NCBI RefSeq assembly: GCF_026210795.1
Contig: NC_089429.1
Span: 806,001 to 870,000 of the forward strand
Length of the DNA: 64,000 nucleotides
Direction: 5' to 3'
Origin: Rhizophagus irregularis
Taxonomy: Eukaryota
Shown: piece by piece, positions 13,221-26,461 of the stretch
Numbering within the stretch: the first letter of the stretch is position 1
Layout: the number at the start of each line of letters is the position of its first letter
Position numbers and translations under genes: made by a program
Notes under the pieces: generated by a model
The model's input: the letters and a program-made list of their open reading frames with translations, nothing else
Databases searched by the model: none
What the model was told of the DNA's origin: nothing

Positions 13221-13769
13221 TTACTTAATTATTAATTATTAAAATAAAACTATATTAATATTTAATAATGTCTAACTTTATAGTTTATAGAATATTATTC
13301 ATTATTTTACATTTGGTAAATTGATCTTTAGTTACCAATTTTTACAATGAAATGATTTGTAATGAGTTGTAGTAATTATATTGTATTATTTCATTTACAC
13401 TTGATCACTATAAAATTTTGGATATATATTTTAACACATTTTCTGTGCTACAATATTTACTATGACTTGCTATGCCCAAATTCATTAATATGTCATATTT
13501 CTTTTGATTTATTGTTTATTAAATTATATTATAGTTCTTCCTTGGTCATTTGAATGTAATTTTGGCCAGCATTATAATTTTTGCCTAAACTACATTCATT
13601 ATTTTTTATTATAGTCACATGATTATTTATGTGATAAATATTAGCCAATCAAAATCAAACGATTTAATGATTAAATGACAAATGATTATGAAAAATTTCA
13701 TAAATCATTTAAATAATGGTCAAATGGCCAGGTTATTTCCGAACACTGATAGATTATGGTGTCGTTTGG

Positions 13770-15271
13770 CCCTATAAAAAAATTGGATACGTTTTTTATA
13801 AAGTTTTTATACGATTTTTTTTCCTTAGAAATAACGTATCATAATAGGATACGGAAAAATGCACAATTCCGTATCACTAAAAATATGGTTTGGATACGGA
13901 ATTTGCACGGAATTCATATGGAATTTACATGATTTGATCACTGATTTTATCACGAAATTTATACGATTTGGTCACTGAATTTACTATTTGTATTACAGTT
14001 TACTATAATTATATTTATATAAATCTAATTTTACTTTATTAAATTAAATAAAAAATAAAAAATAAACAAAATACAGAAAATTCCCTCCTTATTAAGGCCA
14101 CCTATTGCAACCAAAATTATCTATAAGTTCAGGTTCATTTGGAGTCAAACAACCTAAAAAAAAACAAAAAAGAACGTCTAACTTAATTGGAAACAAAACC
14201 CCCCCTTCATATAGTATCTGCAATCGTCCAAGTCACCAAAGGTCAGCGTTCCTACAAAAAAAGAAAGAGAACTCCAGAATGTCTGACCTACATAAATGAA
14301 AAGAATTATGAAGCATCTGATGAAAAAAAAACCAAAACAACAAAATAAATCCAAAACTGACCTACAAAAAAAGAAGACTCTGAAGCAACAAAACTGAAAC
14401 AACCTACAAAAAGAAAAGAATCTGAACCCAATTTACAAAAAAAAAAAAAGAAAATTTGAACTGACCTAAAAAAAGAAAAAAATCCTGAACAATCCTACAA
14501 AAAGGAAAGGACTCCCAAACTGATCTACAAAAAAACTGAATCTTCTCACAAAAAAAAATCTGCTGGCCTATGAAATAAAAAAAGGGATAAATATAAATAA
14601 AAAAGAAAGGGGAATAAAGAATAAATCAAAAAAAAATATTTTTTTAAAAAGAGGGTAACGAAGTTAGGAGAGTTAAGAAAAAATTTTTTTTTTAAAAGGA
14701 GGACGTCAAAGTTAGAAAAATAAAAAATTTTTTATAAAGAGGAAATAGAAATAGGAAGAAGAAAATTTTTAGAAGAGTGGGAATAAAAGAATAAAATCAA
14801 AAAAATTTTTTTTTTTAAGGGAGTAATGAAAAAAAATTTTTTTTTTAAAGGAGAGTGATGAAAAAGAAAAATTTTTAAAGTGAGGTACGAAAAAAAAAAT
14901 TATTTTTTAAAAGGGGGGTGACGAAAAAAGAGAAGGAAAGGAAAGACAGAAAGGAAGATCGGAAGATCAAACTCATCAAAGTAAGGGTTTATATAAAAAA
15001 ACAAAAAACGTATCATAACAAAACAATAAACAATCACGTGATCTCGTGTTATGATACGAGATTTTTGTAAAATTATTTTCTAAAAATATTAAGTTTAAAA
15101 ATTCCGTATACATTCCGTATGATTAATTTTTTCCGTATACATTAGTTTTTTTAAAAAATGTTCAAAAATGAATTGCTTATTAAATATACGGAATTTGTAT
15201 ACGGAATCTATAGAAACGTACATAAAATGTATACAAAACGTATCCTTTCCGTATACATATTTCTTATAGGG
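13770..15271. mobile_element. Non-autonomous CCC...GGG element (CMC/EnSpm-like), 1.5 kb
   Basis: CCCTATAA...TTATAGGG; 3-bp TSD TGG (13767-13769 / 15272-15274); subterminal ATACGGA/TCCGTAT repeats. Removal restores codons CGT TTG GCT ATT (RLAI). Confidence 0.88.
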
Positions 15272-16551
15272 TGGCTATTCAATTATGGAAGATCCATTTT
15301 CACTTCAGCTCAAAATTATCGTTGTATTAAACCTTTTATGCTTTTTAATGAATATGGCAAAATAAAATTAAATGAATATGGAACTAATAATAATTTATTC
15401 CATCAAATACGTTATTTAATTATCCTAGTTTTATTAAATACTTAAATATAAATAAAATTTGTTTGGCCATTATAAAAGTCTATTTTAAGATGTTTCACAA
15501 TTCGTATATATATTGATCATCTAAATGTATTGATTGATATTTCAGCAAAAAAATACGACGATAAGCTAAGAAATTTAGTTTACAGGTCATTATTTGAAGT
15601 GATCATTGAAAATGAAGGAAATTTACATTCTTTTGAAGGTGTATCAGATACGATTTATAATGATAAATATTTTAATGATAATATGGACTCCAAACCTTAC
15701 AGAAATTTAACACTCCACATTATATATATGTAATACTTCATATCAAAATATTATTACATTTTTAAAATTTTTATATTCTAATTGCAATTCAATCTCATCG
15801 ATTGGTTTTTTTTGGATTTTCTATCTATGATAACAGTAATGATTCATTAATTGAAAAATATTTATCACAAATAATTATTTTACAGTGCAACATAATCTTG
15901 AAAGAATTTTATTTGAATTTAGTGATTATAAGTTATATTTACGTTCTGTATTATTTTGTGTACAAATATGTAAAACCACTTTTATCATTAAAAAAATTCT
16001 ATTGTTTAAATACTTTAATTACAACAATATTTTGAAAATATTGTTGTATTTAAAGTATAATTAGTATTTTACAAGAGATTTTTGATCAATTGAATGTTTT
16101 AGAATCTATTCACATTCTTTATTGTTATTCCGTAAATTCTGATTTTTGTTCAACAAATTATTAAGGTTAAAATAAACCTTTTAAATTGAGGTCTTTATTT
16201 ATGAAAGAAATATTACATAATAAATCGATTACAATTTCTATTACAAAAACATGACGATTATTTAAAAAATTTTGGATTTGGAATTATGGGTAACGAATAT
16301 AATGAACGAAAACAACAATTATATGAATTTATTATAAAAAGATTAGATATTTTGATTAAGGTATACCTGATGATAAGAATATTTATCTATTCATTGAAAT
16401 AGTAATCTAATTATCTTACTATTGAAGTGAATTTTTATGACCGTATTACTGATTTTGAAAGAATTAAGTTCAATTTTATTACAAAAATTAGGACAAGTTC
16501 TTCCTTTTAAATTAGAATTTTTATGTTTAACTCCTGCATATAACATATAAG

Positions 16552-17086
16552 TGTAACGTAAGACTTTACATATTACAATTATTACATGGGGTAGGGCTTA
16601 CATAATAAATGTCACTTCCCTAATGTACAGTACGTGATTTTTATCATTACAACAATCAAATTTAAAAAACTGCAGCAAACCATACATAAATATATATATT
16701 TGAAATGCTTCGCCTAATTTACCTTCGAGCATTTATGGCAAGTCTATAGATAGTTTAAGAGCAAAGTTACGTTCAGATATTTCACGTTTTAAATATTAGT
16801 TTAGAAATTTGGGTTTGAAAAACCCCACATTTTTGTAAATAGTATTTTCTTTTTAAGAAGGAATAGCAAACCATTTTTAAATTTTTGAAAAAAATGAACG
16901 TAAAATAATTCTTAAGAATAGTTTTCATCCAAAAGAAAGAAGATAAATTAATATGAGTTTTATTAATAATAAAATGATTATAAAAAAAGAATTCGATCAA
17001 TTTTAAATATAGTGTAACAAAATATTTTGATCGCATAAAAATTTATTAAATACTTTTGATTTAATTAGTCACTGTGACTCGTTACA
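16552..17086. mobile_element. Possible LTR (TGTAACG...CGTTACA)
   Basis: 535 bp with TG...CA ends and a 7-bp terminal inverted repeat; starts where F-box homology stops. No TSD and no second copy. Confidence 0.35.
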
Positions 17087-18191
17087 TTCGGTAAAACTTA
17101 GGATAGGATAAAAAGTATATCATTAGATTTATTACTCGGATTGTAATACGAGATTTAGTTTAAGTAGACGATTTTTTAACTATTAAACTGAATCGCAACA
17201 CAATTGTCATGTTCATTATCTTAGTAAGTAAAAAAATTATGTTTAAAAAATAAACTATTTGAAACTTTGGGATAAATATTATGTATTAAAATATGTGTTC
17301 GCATGAAGGGTATCAAAAAAAATATTAGTGATCGCCGAAATCATTGACTCACGGTTCACGAATTAAAGTGTGAATATATTATTTGGATACGTGAAACAAT
17401 AGTGTAATTATCTGGTGATATTATATAAATCAAAGAAGAAAGAAGTATGATTAATTTTTACTGTGAATTTATTTTGAGTATCCAAAGAAAAAAACTTAAG
17501 AGTAGTTGCTGAGTTAATTGTACATGTTTTGTAAGTTGTCTCGTGATATTTTGATTAACGATCGTTGTTGAGCTTTCATTTACATTGAATTTCGCGTTTA
17601 TAAACTATTCTTTCCTTTAATACTTTCCTTTAAAACTAGTTTCTAAAATAAAACTTATTAAAATATTTATCTAGTTGAATGATATCCACATGCCATATAT
17701 GATGAAAATGATAATAAACCCAGTGGTGTTGACAATGAACCTGAAATGAAATGTTTAGGAAGAAGCTTTGGATATAAGAAAAAGGAATAAGAAAACAATG
17801 CTCTATTTGTAACTCATAGTATCACGATTCATAAATTGTTCTGAAAAGAATATAAAGTAGTATGATGATAAAGAAAATGCTTATCTTAAAGAATATTGAT
17901 ACGAGGGTACATAATATTATTATTGTATTACAGTATTAAGGTTAGGGTTAGGATATTTGATTTATGGGTTAGGTAAAAGTATATAAATGAGGAAATTTGG
18001 ACAATGAAAAAATTTAAAATTTATAATCGTCATAATCCAAAATGATCAGAAATCATGTGATAAATGACCAATGCGTAATCATTAATCAGCTGATCTGCTG
18101 TGTCCAATAACGGAACTGACAATTCCGAAACTTTATAAAAGTACTTTGTTTGAAATTTTACATAGGATATCTCCCCTTTCTTCTTTACAAT

Positions 18192-19784
18192 ATGGTATAC
18201 TCAAAAATATTTTCAGATCTTCCTGAATTAACAAGTGAAATTATTCAATACTTTCAGAATGATTTTTCAACGTTACATTCGTGTGTTTTGGTTAATAGAT
18301 TATGGTGTCGTTTATCAATTCCATTATTGTGGGAGAACCCATTTTTAAAGAAAATTGTTGGAAACCATCACTTTATTAACTTTTACTTAAGTAAATTAAA
18401 TGAAGATGACAAATTAAAATTGAAAGAACATGGAATCATAATTCCTTCGAGTACACTTTTTAATTATTCTAGTTTTATTAAATGTTTAAATAACCAATAC
18501 ATTTATTCTTCTATTTTTCACTACGCAAAAATTTTAAATTTTTACAAAGATAAAAAATTATTAAATTTTATTTACCTGTCATTGATCAAAATATTTATTG
18601 AAAATGAAGCTAATTTACATACCTTTGAAATTTCTCAGAGGTACTATATTAATAACGAAACTTTATTTCCATTAATCCTAGAATATCCAAAATTCATTTG
18701 TAATATTAAAAACCTAATGATTAATTTTGGCGGATTAAATAATAATAATTTGTTATTACTTTTAAAATGTTTTTATCTTAATTGTAGTTCAATTTCATCA
18801 TTAGATTTTAATTTTTATCGTAAGAAACATGATGATGATATATCTAAAGTAATTGAATCACAAAAAAATCTCCAAAAAATTTCTTTTAGTTATGGTGTTA
18901 ATCCTTTAAAAATTTTAACAATTTCTAATTGTTTAAATACCTTAAAAATAATCATATTTTATAAACTTAATTTAAAAAATATTAATTTTAATGAAGTATT
19001 TGAACAATTAAATGTTTTAGAATCTATACATATTCTTTATTGTTTTAATTTAAATTCTACAATTATTCAACAAATTATTAATCTAACCAAACCATTTAAA
19101 CTAAAATCTTTATTTATAGAACATAATTCTTTATTACAAATTAAGTCATTAGAATTATTGTTACAAAAGTCTGGTAATTACTTAGAAAATATTGGATTTG
19201 AATCATCAATAGATTATAAATTAAAACTAAAATTATTTAAATTGGCCAAAATTTATTGTGTTAATATCAAATTTCTAGAAATGTTTGGATTTGATGTCCT
19301 TAATGTTTTTTTAGGAATTGATTTAATTAAAAATGTTCAACAAAATCTCAATTATCTTTCTATCAATTGTTCAGAAAATATGCATGGGCAACAAACTTTT
19401 GATGATAAAATTAGTTCAATTATATTACAAAATTTAGGACAGGTTCTTCCTTATAGATTAGAATATTTAAGTTTGTTTCTTAAATTTAATATAAATGATT
19501 TGAAAATATTCTTTAAGAATTCTCAAAATATTTTTATTAAGAAATTGTTAATCGGAAATAAGGTGTATCTAAATAGTGAAGACTTTTTAGCTTGTATTAA
19601 GAAATATATTATGAAAGAAAAAAGAGTCTCATATTTAGCTATGGATAATGGTCCTGATGGATATGGATGGGAGTTTAAATTAAAAGATGAAGTAGAAGAG
19701 TTTAAATCTTATGGTATTCAAGTTATGTTTCATGATAATTTATATATTAGATTTCATAATTTAAAGAATGAATTATTATATTAA
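18192..19784 (+). CDS. F-box/LRR-like protein, single exon
   Basis: 544-aa ORF from TTG 18150; likely ATG at 18192 (MVYSKIFSDLPELTSEII). Same family as 4419. Confidence 0.85.
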   Translation: MVYSKIFSDLPELTSEIIQYFQNDFSTLHSCVLVNRLWCRLSIPLLWENPFLKKIVGNHHFINFYLSKLNEDDKLKLKEHGIIIPSSTLFNYSSFIKCLNNQYIYSSIFHYAKILNFYKDKKLLNFIYLSLIKIFIENEANLHTFEISQRYYINNETLFPLILEYPKFICNIKNLMINFGGLNNNNLLLLLKCFYLNCSSISSLDFNFYRKKHDDDISKVIESQKNLQKISFSYGVNPLKILTISNCLNTLKIIIFYKLNLKNINFNEVFEQLNVLESIHILYCFNLNSTIIQQIINLTKPFKLKSLFIEHNSLLQIKSLELLLQKSGNYLENIGFESSIDYKLKLKLFKLAKIYCVNIKFLEMFGFDVLNVFLGIDLIKNVQQNLNYLSINCSENMHGQQTFDDKISSIILQNLGQVLPYRLEYLSLFLKFNINDLKIFFKNSQNIFIKKLLIGNKVYLNSEDFLACIKKYIMKEKRVSYLAMDNGPDGYGWEFKLKDEVEEFKSYGIQVMFHDNLYIRFHNLKNELLY

Positions 19785-22700
19785 TTATTAATTTTTATGA
19801 TTATTAAATAAATTTGTTTTACAAGATTTTAATGGCTTATTATTGCGTGGGATGATTGAAAGTAAAATGAGTAAATAAAAAGAGTTTGAAATGAAAACAA
19901 TAAAATTAATTCTAATATAAATTGTACAAGAATAAATTAAACAAACTAATTATTTGAAATTCAAGTATATTGTAAACATTGTTATGAAGTTTTACATTTT
20001 AATCTCCAAATTGTTCACACCTACTTTATTAGTTATATTAATTCTTATATTTTTTGTAAAATTAATAACTAGACATCATATTTATTTAAACTTGCCCAAA
20101 GATTATTATCAAATTTCTTCCGAATGAGTAGAACCAACTTTGACCAACAAATCTATGTTACCAAAACTTCAATAATGTCCTAATTCAGTAATTATAAAAT
20201 TTTTAATTTTCAATCTTAGTTTATAGATATACCGATTTATTTTTTTTTCCATTAATTATTACGCAATTTGGCTGTCTAATATTTAAGAATCGTTTCATTT
20301 TAAATCATTACTACGCACATTTGATCATGTAAGATCACTTTTCTCGCTACCTTCTTCATTTCGTTCATATTCTTTTATATGTCCTTTTTATCTTCAAATC
20401 TAACTGTCTAGGTAGATAGGGTAATGCTTTTTGGTATTTTGACGAAGCAGCATGATGTTGTGCATGGGTGGGAGCATAGCATATTTAGTTATTTACTTCG
20501 TAAGCCTGTGGGTACCAGCTTTGCTGCAGTCTCATAGTAGGGTTATAGTACTTTGTCATTATCATTTTATAATAATGAAAAATAGTAAGATTTTCGAAAT
20601 GTAATAATATTATTTTGCTTTTTGTATGAATTATCTTTTTTTTAAAAAATACATAATGAGTTTTTGTTAGAATATAACTAATGAGACAAGTCATATCAAC
20701 TCATTAAATAAATTTTAAGGATTCATACAATTTCTAAGAGTTCAAAACTATATATAAATTTTAGTATAAAAGTTATTAAATTATTAAATGTTTTACAATA
20801 AAACTATTTTATGTTTAAGGCAGTTTTAATTTCATTCAAAATAAAATTTGCATTACTTTACATATAGCCAATTTTTTAAATTAAGATTTTACATTCAAAT
20901 TACCAATTTAATACATGAGAGTGATGGATATACAGTATATTAGCTAAAATTAATTAGTTATATGATTTTAATTTTTTTATTAACATGAAAATCGGAATAA
21001 ATTTCTTGCTACAAAATTGTCAATAACTTAACATCATGTACATAAGCGAGATGGATAAATTTGTATTCATTTGAAAGAGGAAATCAATACCTAGTATCCA
21101 ATGAATTCAAAATCGCATGAATTAAATCACTAATTACTGAATAATTATGTTGTTCAATTCTGATTAAGATCCAGGTATTATAAATGGCATAAAATTCATA
21201 ATTCTAGTAGAAAAAGGCTAATTTTGGTCATATATCTTACAAAGTATTCATAGTTACTATTCAATTTAAAAAATTTAATAAGACCTTGGATACTGTATGC
21301 AGTGGCAAATGGTTATAGGAATTCTTTATTAAAAAAAAAAGTTCTGTGGGCAATTACATTTTAAAGTTGCCAAAAGAAATCATCATTATTATGACTTTTT
21401 ACTGGATAACAACTGTAAAAAAAGTAGAATTACTTATCAAAATATTTTATTTTAATAATAATAAGAATAAGAATATTATTAATCATTTTATAATCTATTA
21501 CTCTTTTATTAATAATAGTAAATTTAAATAATGTTATACTGTATTACTGTATACAATATTCATACCATATAATATAATACATACAGTAGTATAAGTGATA
21601 GCTCCCCATGGAAACTTGCCTCTTGTTAAATATAAAAATAATTACATCTTTTTTCATTTATTTATTTTTTGATCTAAGATTAAATCTCGTTATGCAAATT
21701 ATTAGTTTGAATTTTTATTTATTAATTAATATAATACAATAAATCAATAAAAATATAATATTCATGTTAAATATATAAAGTACTCAAATTTTATTAATTT
21801 ATTAGATATTAATACTAAAAAAATAATTGTGAAAAAAAAAAAAATTACATGAGATATATATTTTTTTTAATTGCCTTAATTCCTTACTAAAGTTATATGT
21901 TTTTGCCAGAATGTTTATGAATTTTTGGCTGGTGATACTAAAATAAAAAACTAAAAAATACAAAAGGATTAGTATGATGGCAACCATATAAACCCTATGA
22001 GAAAGTACTATCATGCAAGAGAGCAAGGTGCATAGAGGTACCTCATACAGTCACGAGCTATAGTTGTAAAATATCTACACTATATAAATAATTAATAACT
22101 GATAACTAAATCCAAATATCCAATAAATAAATAAAATCTTCATTAAATAAATCTAAAAATCTACACTGTATAAAATAAATCTAACCAAATCTAATAATTA
22201 AATAAAATCAACACTAAATACCCTATTTCCTATAAAATAAATTAAAAATCTAAATCCAATAAATAACTAAAATAACTTCACTGAACACTGCCACAATGTT
22301 CATCATAAAACAACTATAGAACCTCAGTTTCTCTCAGGCTACAGCTGGTCATTAGCAAAATATAATTTTGCCTAGCAAACAGAGCCATGTACACATGAAT
22401 TCCTTTCTCTTGTAAGAACATAAAATGATACTTACCAAACCCAGAAGAACCAAAAAAAGAAGTGAAATCCCAAAAAAAGAGATTACCAACCCAAAGAGAG
22501 AAGAAGTAAAGTCCCAAAGAAAAGATTACCAACCCAAAGAAAGAAGAAGTAAAGTCCTAAAGAAAAGAGAGGAGCCCAAAGAAAGAGAGAAATTCCAATA
22601 GCAATAAATTTTTGCGTGATTGGATTTTATCCCTTTTTCTCATCAAGTTAATATAATTAATTAGTAATTTTGATGTAATATGAATAATATATTTTTCATA

Positions 22701-23526
22701 ATTATGACTCAAATAGTATCATAATTTACATAACAAAATGATCTGATATAATGACTTTAGATATGATTCATAGATATACTGCATTATTGTTGAGTGTTTT
22801 TGTCAGGTTAAATCTGAAAGTATAAAGAAATAGATTTTTTTTCGTTTTGAAAATAAAATAATTGTGAGAAAAAAAAATATAATAACGTTATAACGTCAAC
22901 GCGATTGATTAGTCATGACTCAATGTAAGTCATTAATGGCGCAGTTTGTTATTGTGTTAATCAAATACAAACAACTAGGGTATAGGTATAGTGTAGTTAA
23001 TACTGGCCGGAGTTAGACAATATTGACTTAGACTTCAGTATATATAAAATCAGTAAATAAGAATTGTGTATATTTCTCTCCAATATTCATCAGTTGTTAA
23101 ACAAACGAAAAATTGAAGAATACTAATAATCGGTATTGTAACAATTGGAAGGAAATGGTGTTTCATCTACCACGCTGGTCTCACCACTTGAGAAATCTGA
23201 AAGTGAAAATATGGAAAATGTTAAAAAGGTAGCTACTTATGTTGCGTGATTGTTGCAATTTCAAGTTGAAGAATTAAAGAGACAAAGTGTTTTACAAAGT
23301 AAAATGGCGTTTCTATACTAATGCCTACGGAACTAGTGTTTTGCTCGTCTAAATTATCTATATTAACACAATATCCCAGCATTAACTCTAATCTGATTTC
23401 ATTTGTCCTTGCATGATTGCGTGTTTTTTTGGGGGGGATTCGTCCGCTGTGATTAGAAATACCAATAAGATATAAAATCCCAAATTCAATTTTCATATTC
23501 TTTACTAATAATGTTTTTTACTTAAA

Positions 23527-23640
23527 TCACCGGGGTGGTCATCACCGTTGGCCAGAATTATCAATTTTTACCGGCACTATATTCTTTAATGCTGGTCAAT
23601 CGTCATAATTTCAGTCATCAGTGATCATCACCCTCGGTGA
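23527..23640. repeat. ~115-bp dispersed repeat with TCACC..GGGTGATGATCAC inverted ends (copy 1)
   Basis: Reverse complement of 42002-42113. Confidence 0.8.
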
Positions 23641-25986
23641 TAATTAGAAAAATTCTTTTTAATAACCTTATTTAAAATAAATAATGCAAATTTGATGATA
23701 CTTCCAGGAATATTCATCTATATCAGGAACTTTCTACGTTTTTAAATCTTAATGCTGTAATTATCACGCTCGATAAATCCTCAACGATTATGGAATTTAG
23801 ACGATTTCCATCATTCGGACAATAATAGTTGACATTCTATTTCAATATTCACATTAAACTATCAAGACTTTTTAGACGCTATTGTAACATCATAAGAAAA
23901 TGAGGCGACATCACTCCATTCATGTCAGAAATTTAGGAAAGGAGTCATCCTTAGCTTCTACTTTACAAAGTTTAATGTGGATGACCACGTGATTCAAGGG
24001 TGCTGTAATTTGTGAAGTGCCATTATTGCTTCATCAACTTTGGATGAATAAGGTGTAATGTATTTTTTTTGGGTTAGTAAGTTATTAAAAGAGGAAGTGT
24101 ATGATTAATTTTCGTGTGTTTGTAAAATTTGCGGAAAATTATTATGTATTTTTTTATGAAAATGGGCTATATAATATACTCAACCTGTTAGATTAAAAAT
24201 TATGTCAAGGTGTGCTTGATTTGAGAGCTTTTGAGTTATCTGATTATTTCTTTTCGTGTTCATCATATCTTAATGTGCGATATTGCGGTGGGAGGAAATA
24301 ATGACAAGGATTAGTAGAAGTCGAAAAAGAAAATGTAGCAATTGGATCATTGGTGTTGATCGAGAAATCAGCTTATCATCTAACTGTAATAAGTAATATT
24401 TACTTTAATAAAAACATTTGTAATATTACAGCCTCACAGGCGTTCTTAAATGAAGAACGAAAGGAACGACGAGTGTTACTTCACACGTGATATAGTGGAT
24501 GAAGTTACTCCAGCCAGGAGAAATAGTAAATGAATATTTTTTACGACACGTGATTATTTTCGTTGATCACAGTTTTCATAGTAAAAAAAACGAGATCAAA
24601 ATTTATTAAGTTTCAATTTGAATTATCATTATTATATTATATCATTAACAAACATTAGAGATTGGTAAATTACGAGATATTTCTACCATTTTTTTTCAAA
24701 ATTGAAATTTCATTTGAAATCATTATTCCTATTTAAAAAATAAGTCATTATATAAAGAATTATGTAAAAAAAAAAGTTAATATAAAAAAAAATAATTAAT
24801 TAAACATAATATGCAAAAAAAAATTCTCTATCTCTATCTCTCTATCTTTGTAAGCAAAGGTAGAGTATGAAATTTCAATATAAAAAAGTCATCATCATTT
24901 ATGAAAAACCTACATTACTAACAAGAGAAGATTCAAGAAGTGGTTGTGTATGTCCTTCTTTACAATTATCAAATGTAAAAGAATTATTAAGAGTTTCAAC
25001 TAATTCAAGACCAACACACCCAGTGATTTGAAGTAAAAAACTAAAAAATATATAATTTTACATAAAATTATTAACGTGAAAACCATTTCTTACGAATTCT
25101 AAATTTCTAATTACATTTCAAAATATAAACATATACTTATTTCTTAAATACAAAAAAAAATAAAATTCATTTTAATAAATTCTATAATACGTAATTAGAG
25201 ATGAACCATCTACGGCGGGCAGGGAATTAAATGTTCTCGGCTATTTACACAACAATTATTGACCTGCTGTAACTCCTTAACTAAAAATAAATTTGGGATC
25301 AAATTTTTTTTGTATATAGAAATAAAGTAAAAAAAAAAAGTTAATTGCTTCTATTAACGTCACTATATTACGTTATGAAGTTCGTTCATTTGAATTCGTG
25401 ATAAATTGATCAAAGATTTTCTAAAAATAATTTTTTTTAAATACTTTTTTCTCTTAATTATAAAAATTAGAAAAATAATTATCTTCGTAATTAATATTTA
25501 TACACGAAAAATTGGAACATATGAGGAAATTTGTACAATGATAGATTCTTATTTTTTAAAAAAAAAGTTTCAATGTATTTTACAAACAAACCCGAAGATC
25601 CAAAGATCCGAATAAAATTAAAAGCGGATATCAGAATATGTTTGTTTTGTCGTTTGTACAAAAAAATATCTTTCGGATCATGCGAAAGAATTTCCATTTG
25701 ATTTATTAAATTTTAATCAAATAAAGTTAAGAATTCACCAAAAAAATTAAGAATTTTTTATGATTTTAATTATTCCAATTTTGAGGTTGGAATCGCATTA
25801 GGATTAGAACCTGAGATTATAATTTTTTTCGTAAAATAAGAAAATATTTGTTTGTAAATTAACTGCTTATTATTCGCTATCACTTTTTTTTTCAAATCGA
25901 GTCTGTTTCCCTTTATTAGGCAATTAAAATTTTTCTAGATCGATAAATTAAAAAAAGTTAGTAAACCACGTGTATTTTAGTAGATT

Positions 25987-26079
25987 GGACGCAAAAATAT
26001 CACACTTTTCAATGTTACACAATTCATATTATTTATACAGGGTAATCTAAATATGACAAAATTTTTTTAATTAGATAGA
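25987..26079. repeat. ~90-bp dispersed repeat (second copy 39075-39164)
   Basis: Shared GGACGCAA.AATATCACA...TATTTATACAGGGTAATCTAAATATGACAA. Confidence 0.8.
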
Positions 26080-26461
26080 CTATTATTTAAAATCAAATTC
26101 ATATGATGCAACTAATACTAATTTATATAAATTCAATATAAACTAGGCGTAACCTGTCACGTTACGGCAGGGATGATACTTGCCCATCAAGTGAGAGAGT
26201 AATAATAGAGGCGATAATAATTATAAGTAATATTTTTATTTTTGTTATAAACTTGATAAAAATATAAAAAAAATCTTATAAGAAAATATTTGGTATTCAC
26301 ATTGGTCTTTTTTTACGAATAAAAATATTTGTAATTGTATGTTATTGTACGGACGTGCTTAATAATGGTATGATGTGGCGCGAACAAATTTATTAACATT
26401 TTTGTACTCGTGAACGATCAAATTATACACTTATATCTTATTTGCCGTGCAGTGTGAATAG

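Larger units (their letters stand above)
11110..13748. mobile_element. Non-autonomous hAT element (2.64 kb) with captured host fragment
   Basis: TIR CAGTGTTC(A/G)GAAA; perfect 8-bp TSD ATAGATTA (11102-11109 / 13749-13756); AAATGA subterminal repeats at both ends. Removing it restores the F-box NRLW codons. Confidence 0.9.
11059..16551 (+). pseudogene. F-box/LRR pseudogene split by two transposon insertions
   Basis: RKDFSTLYSCI..VNR (11059-11109) | hAT element | LWCRL (13754-13769) | CCC-element | AI...EDPF...FDQLNVLESIHILYC...LGQVLPFKLEF (15275-16551), with many frameshifts. Confidence 0.85.

Noticed and set aside
17937..17973. Telomere-like TTAGGG motifs
   Set aside because: Only about 2-3 degenerate units; too short to call an interstitial telomere.
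24295..24535. Possible spliced gene relic
   Set aside because: Frames are broken and no family was recognised.
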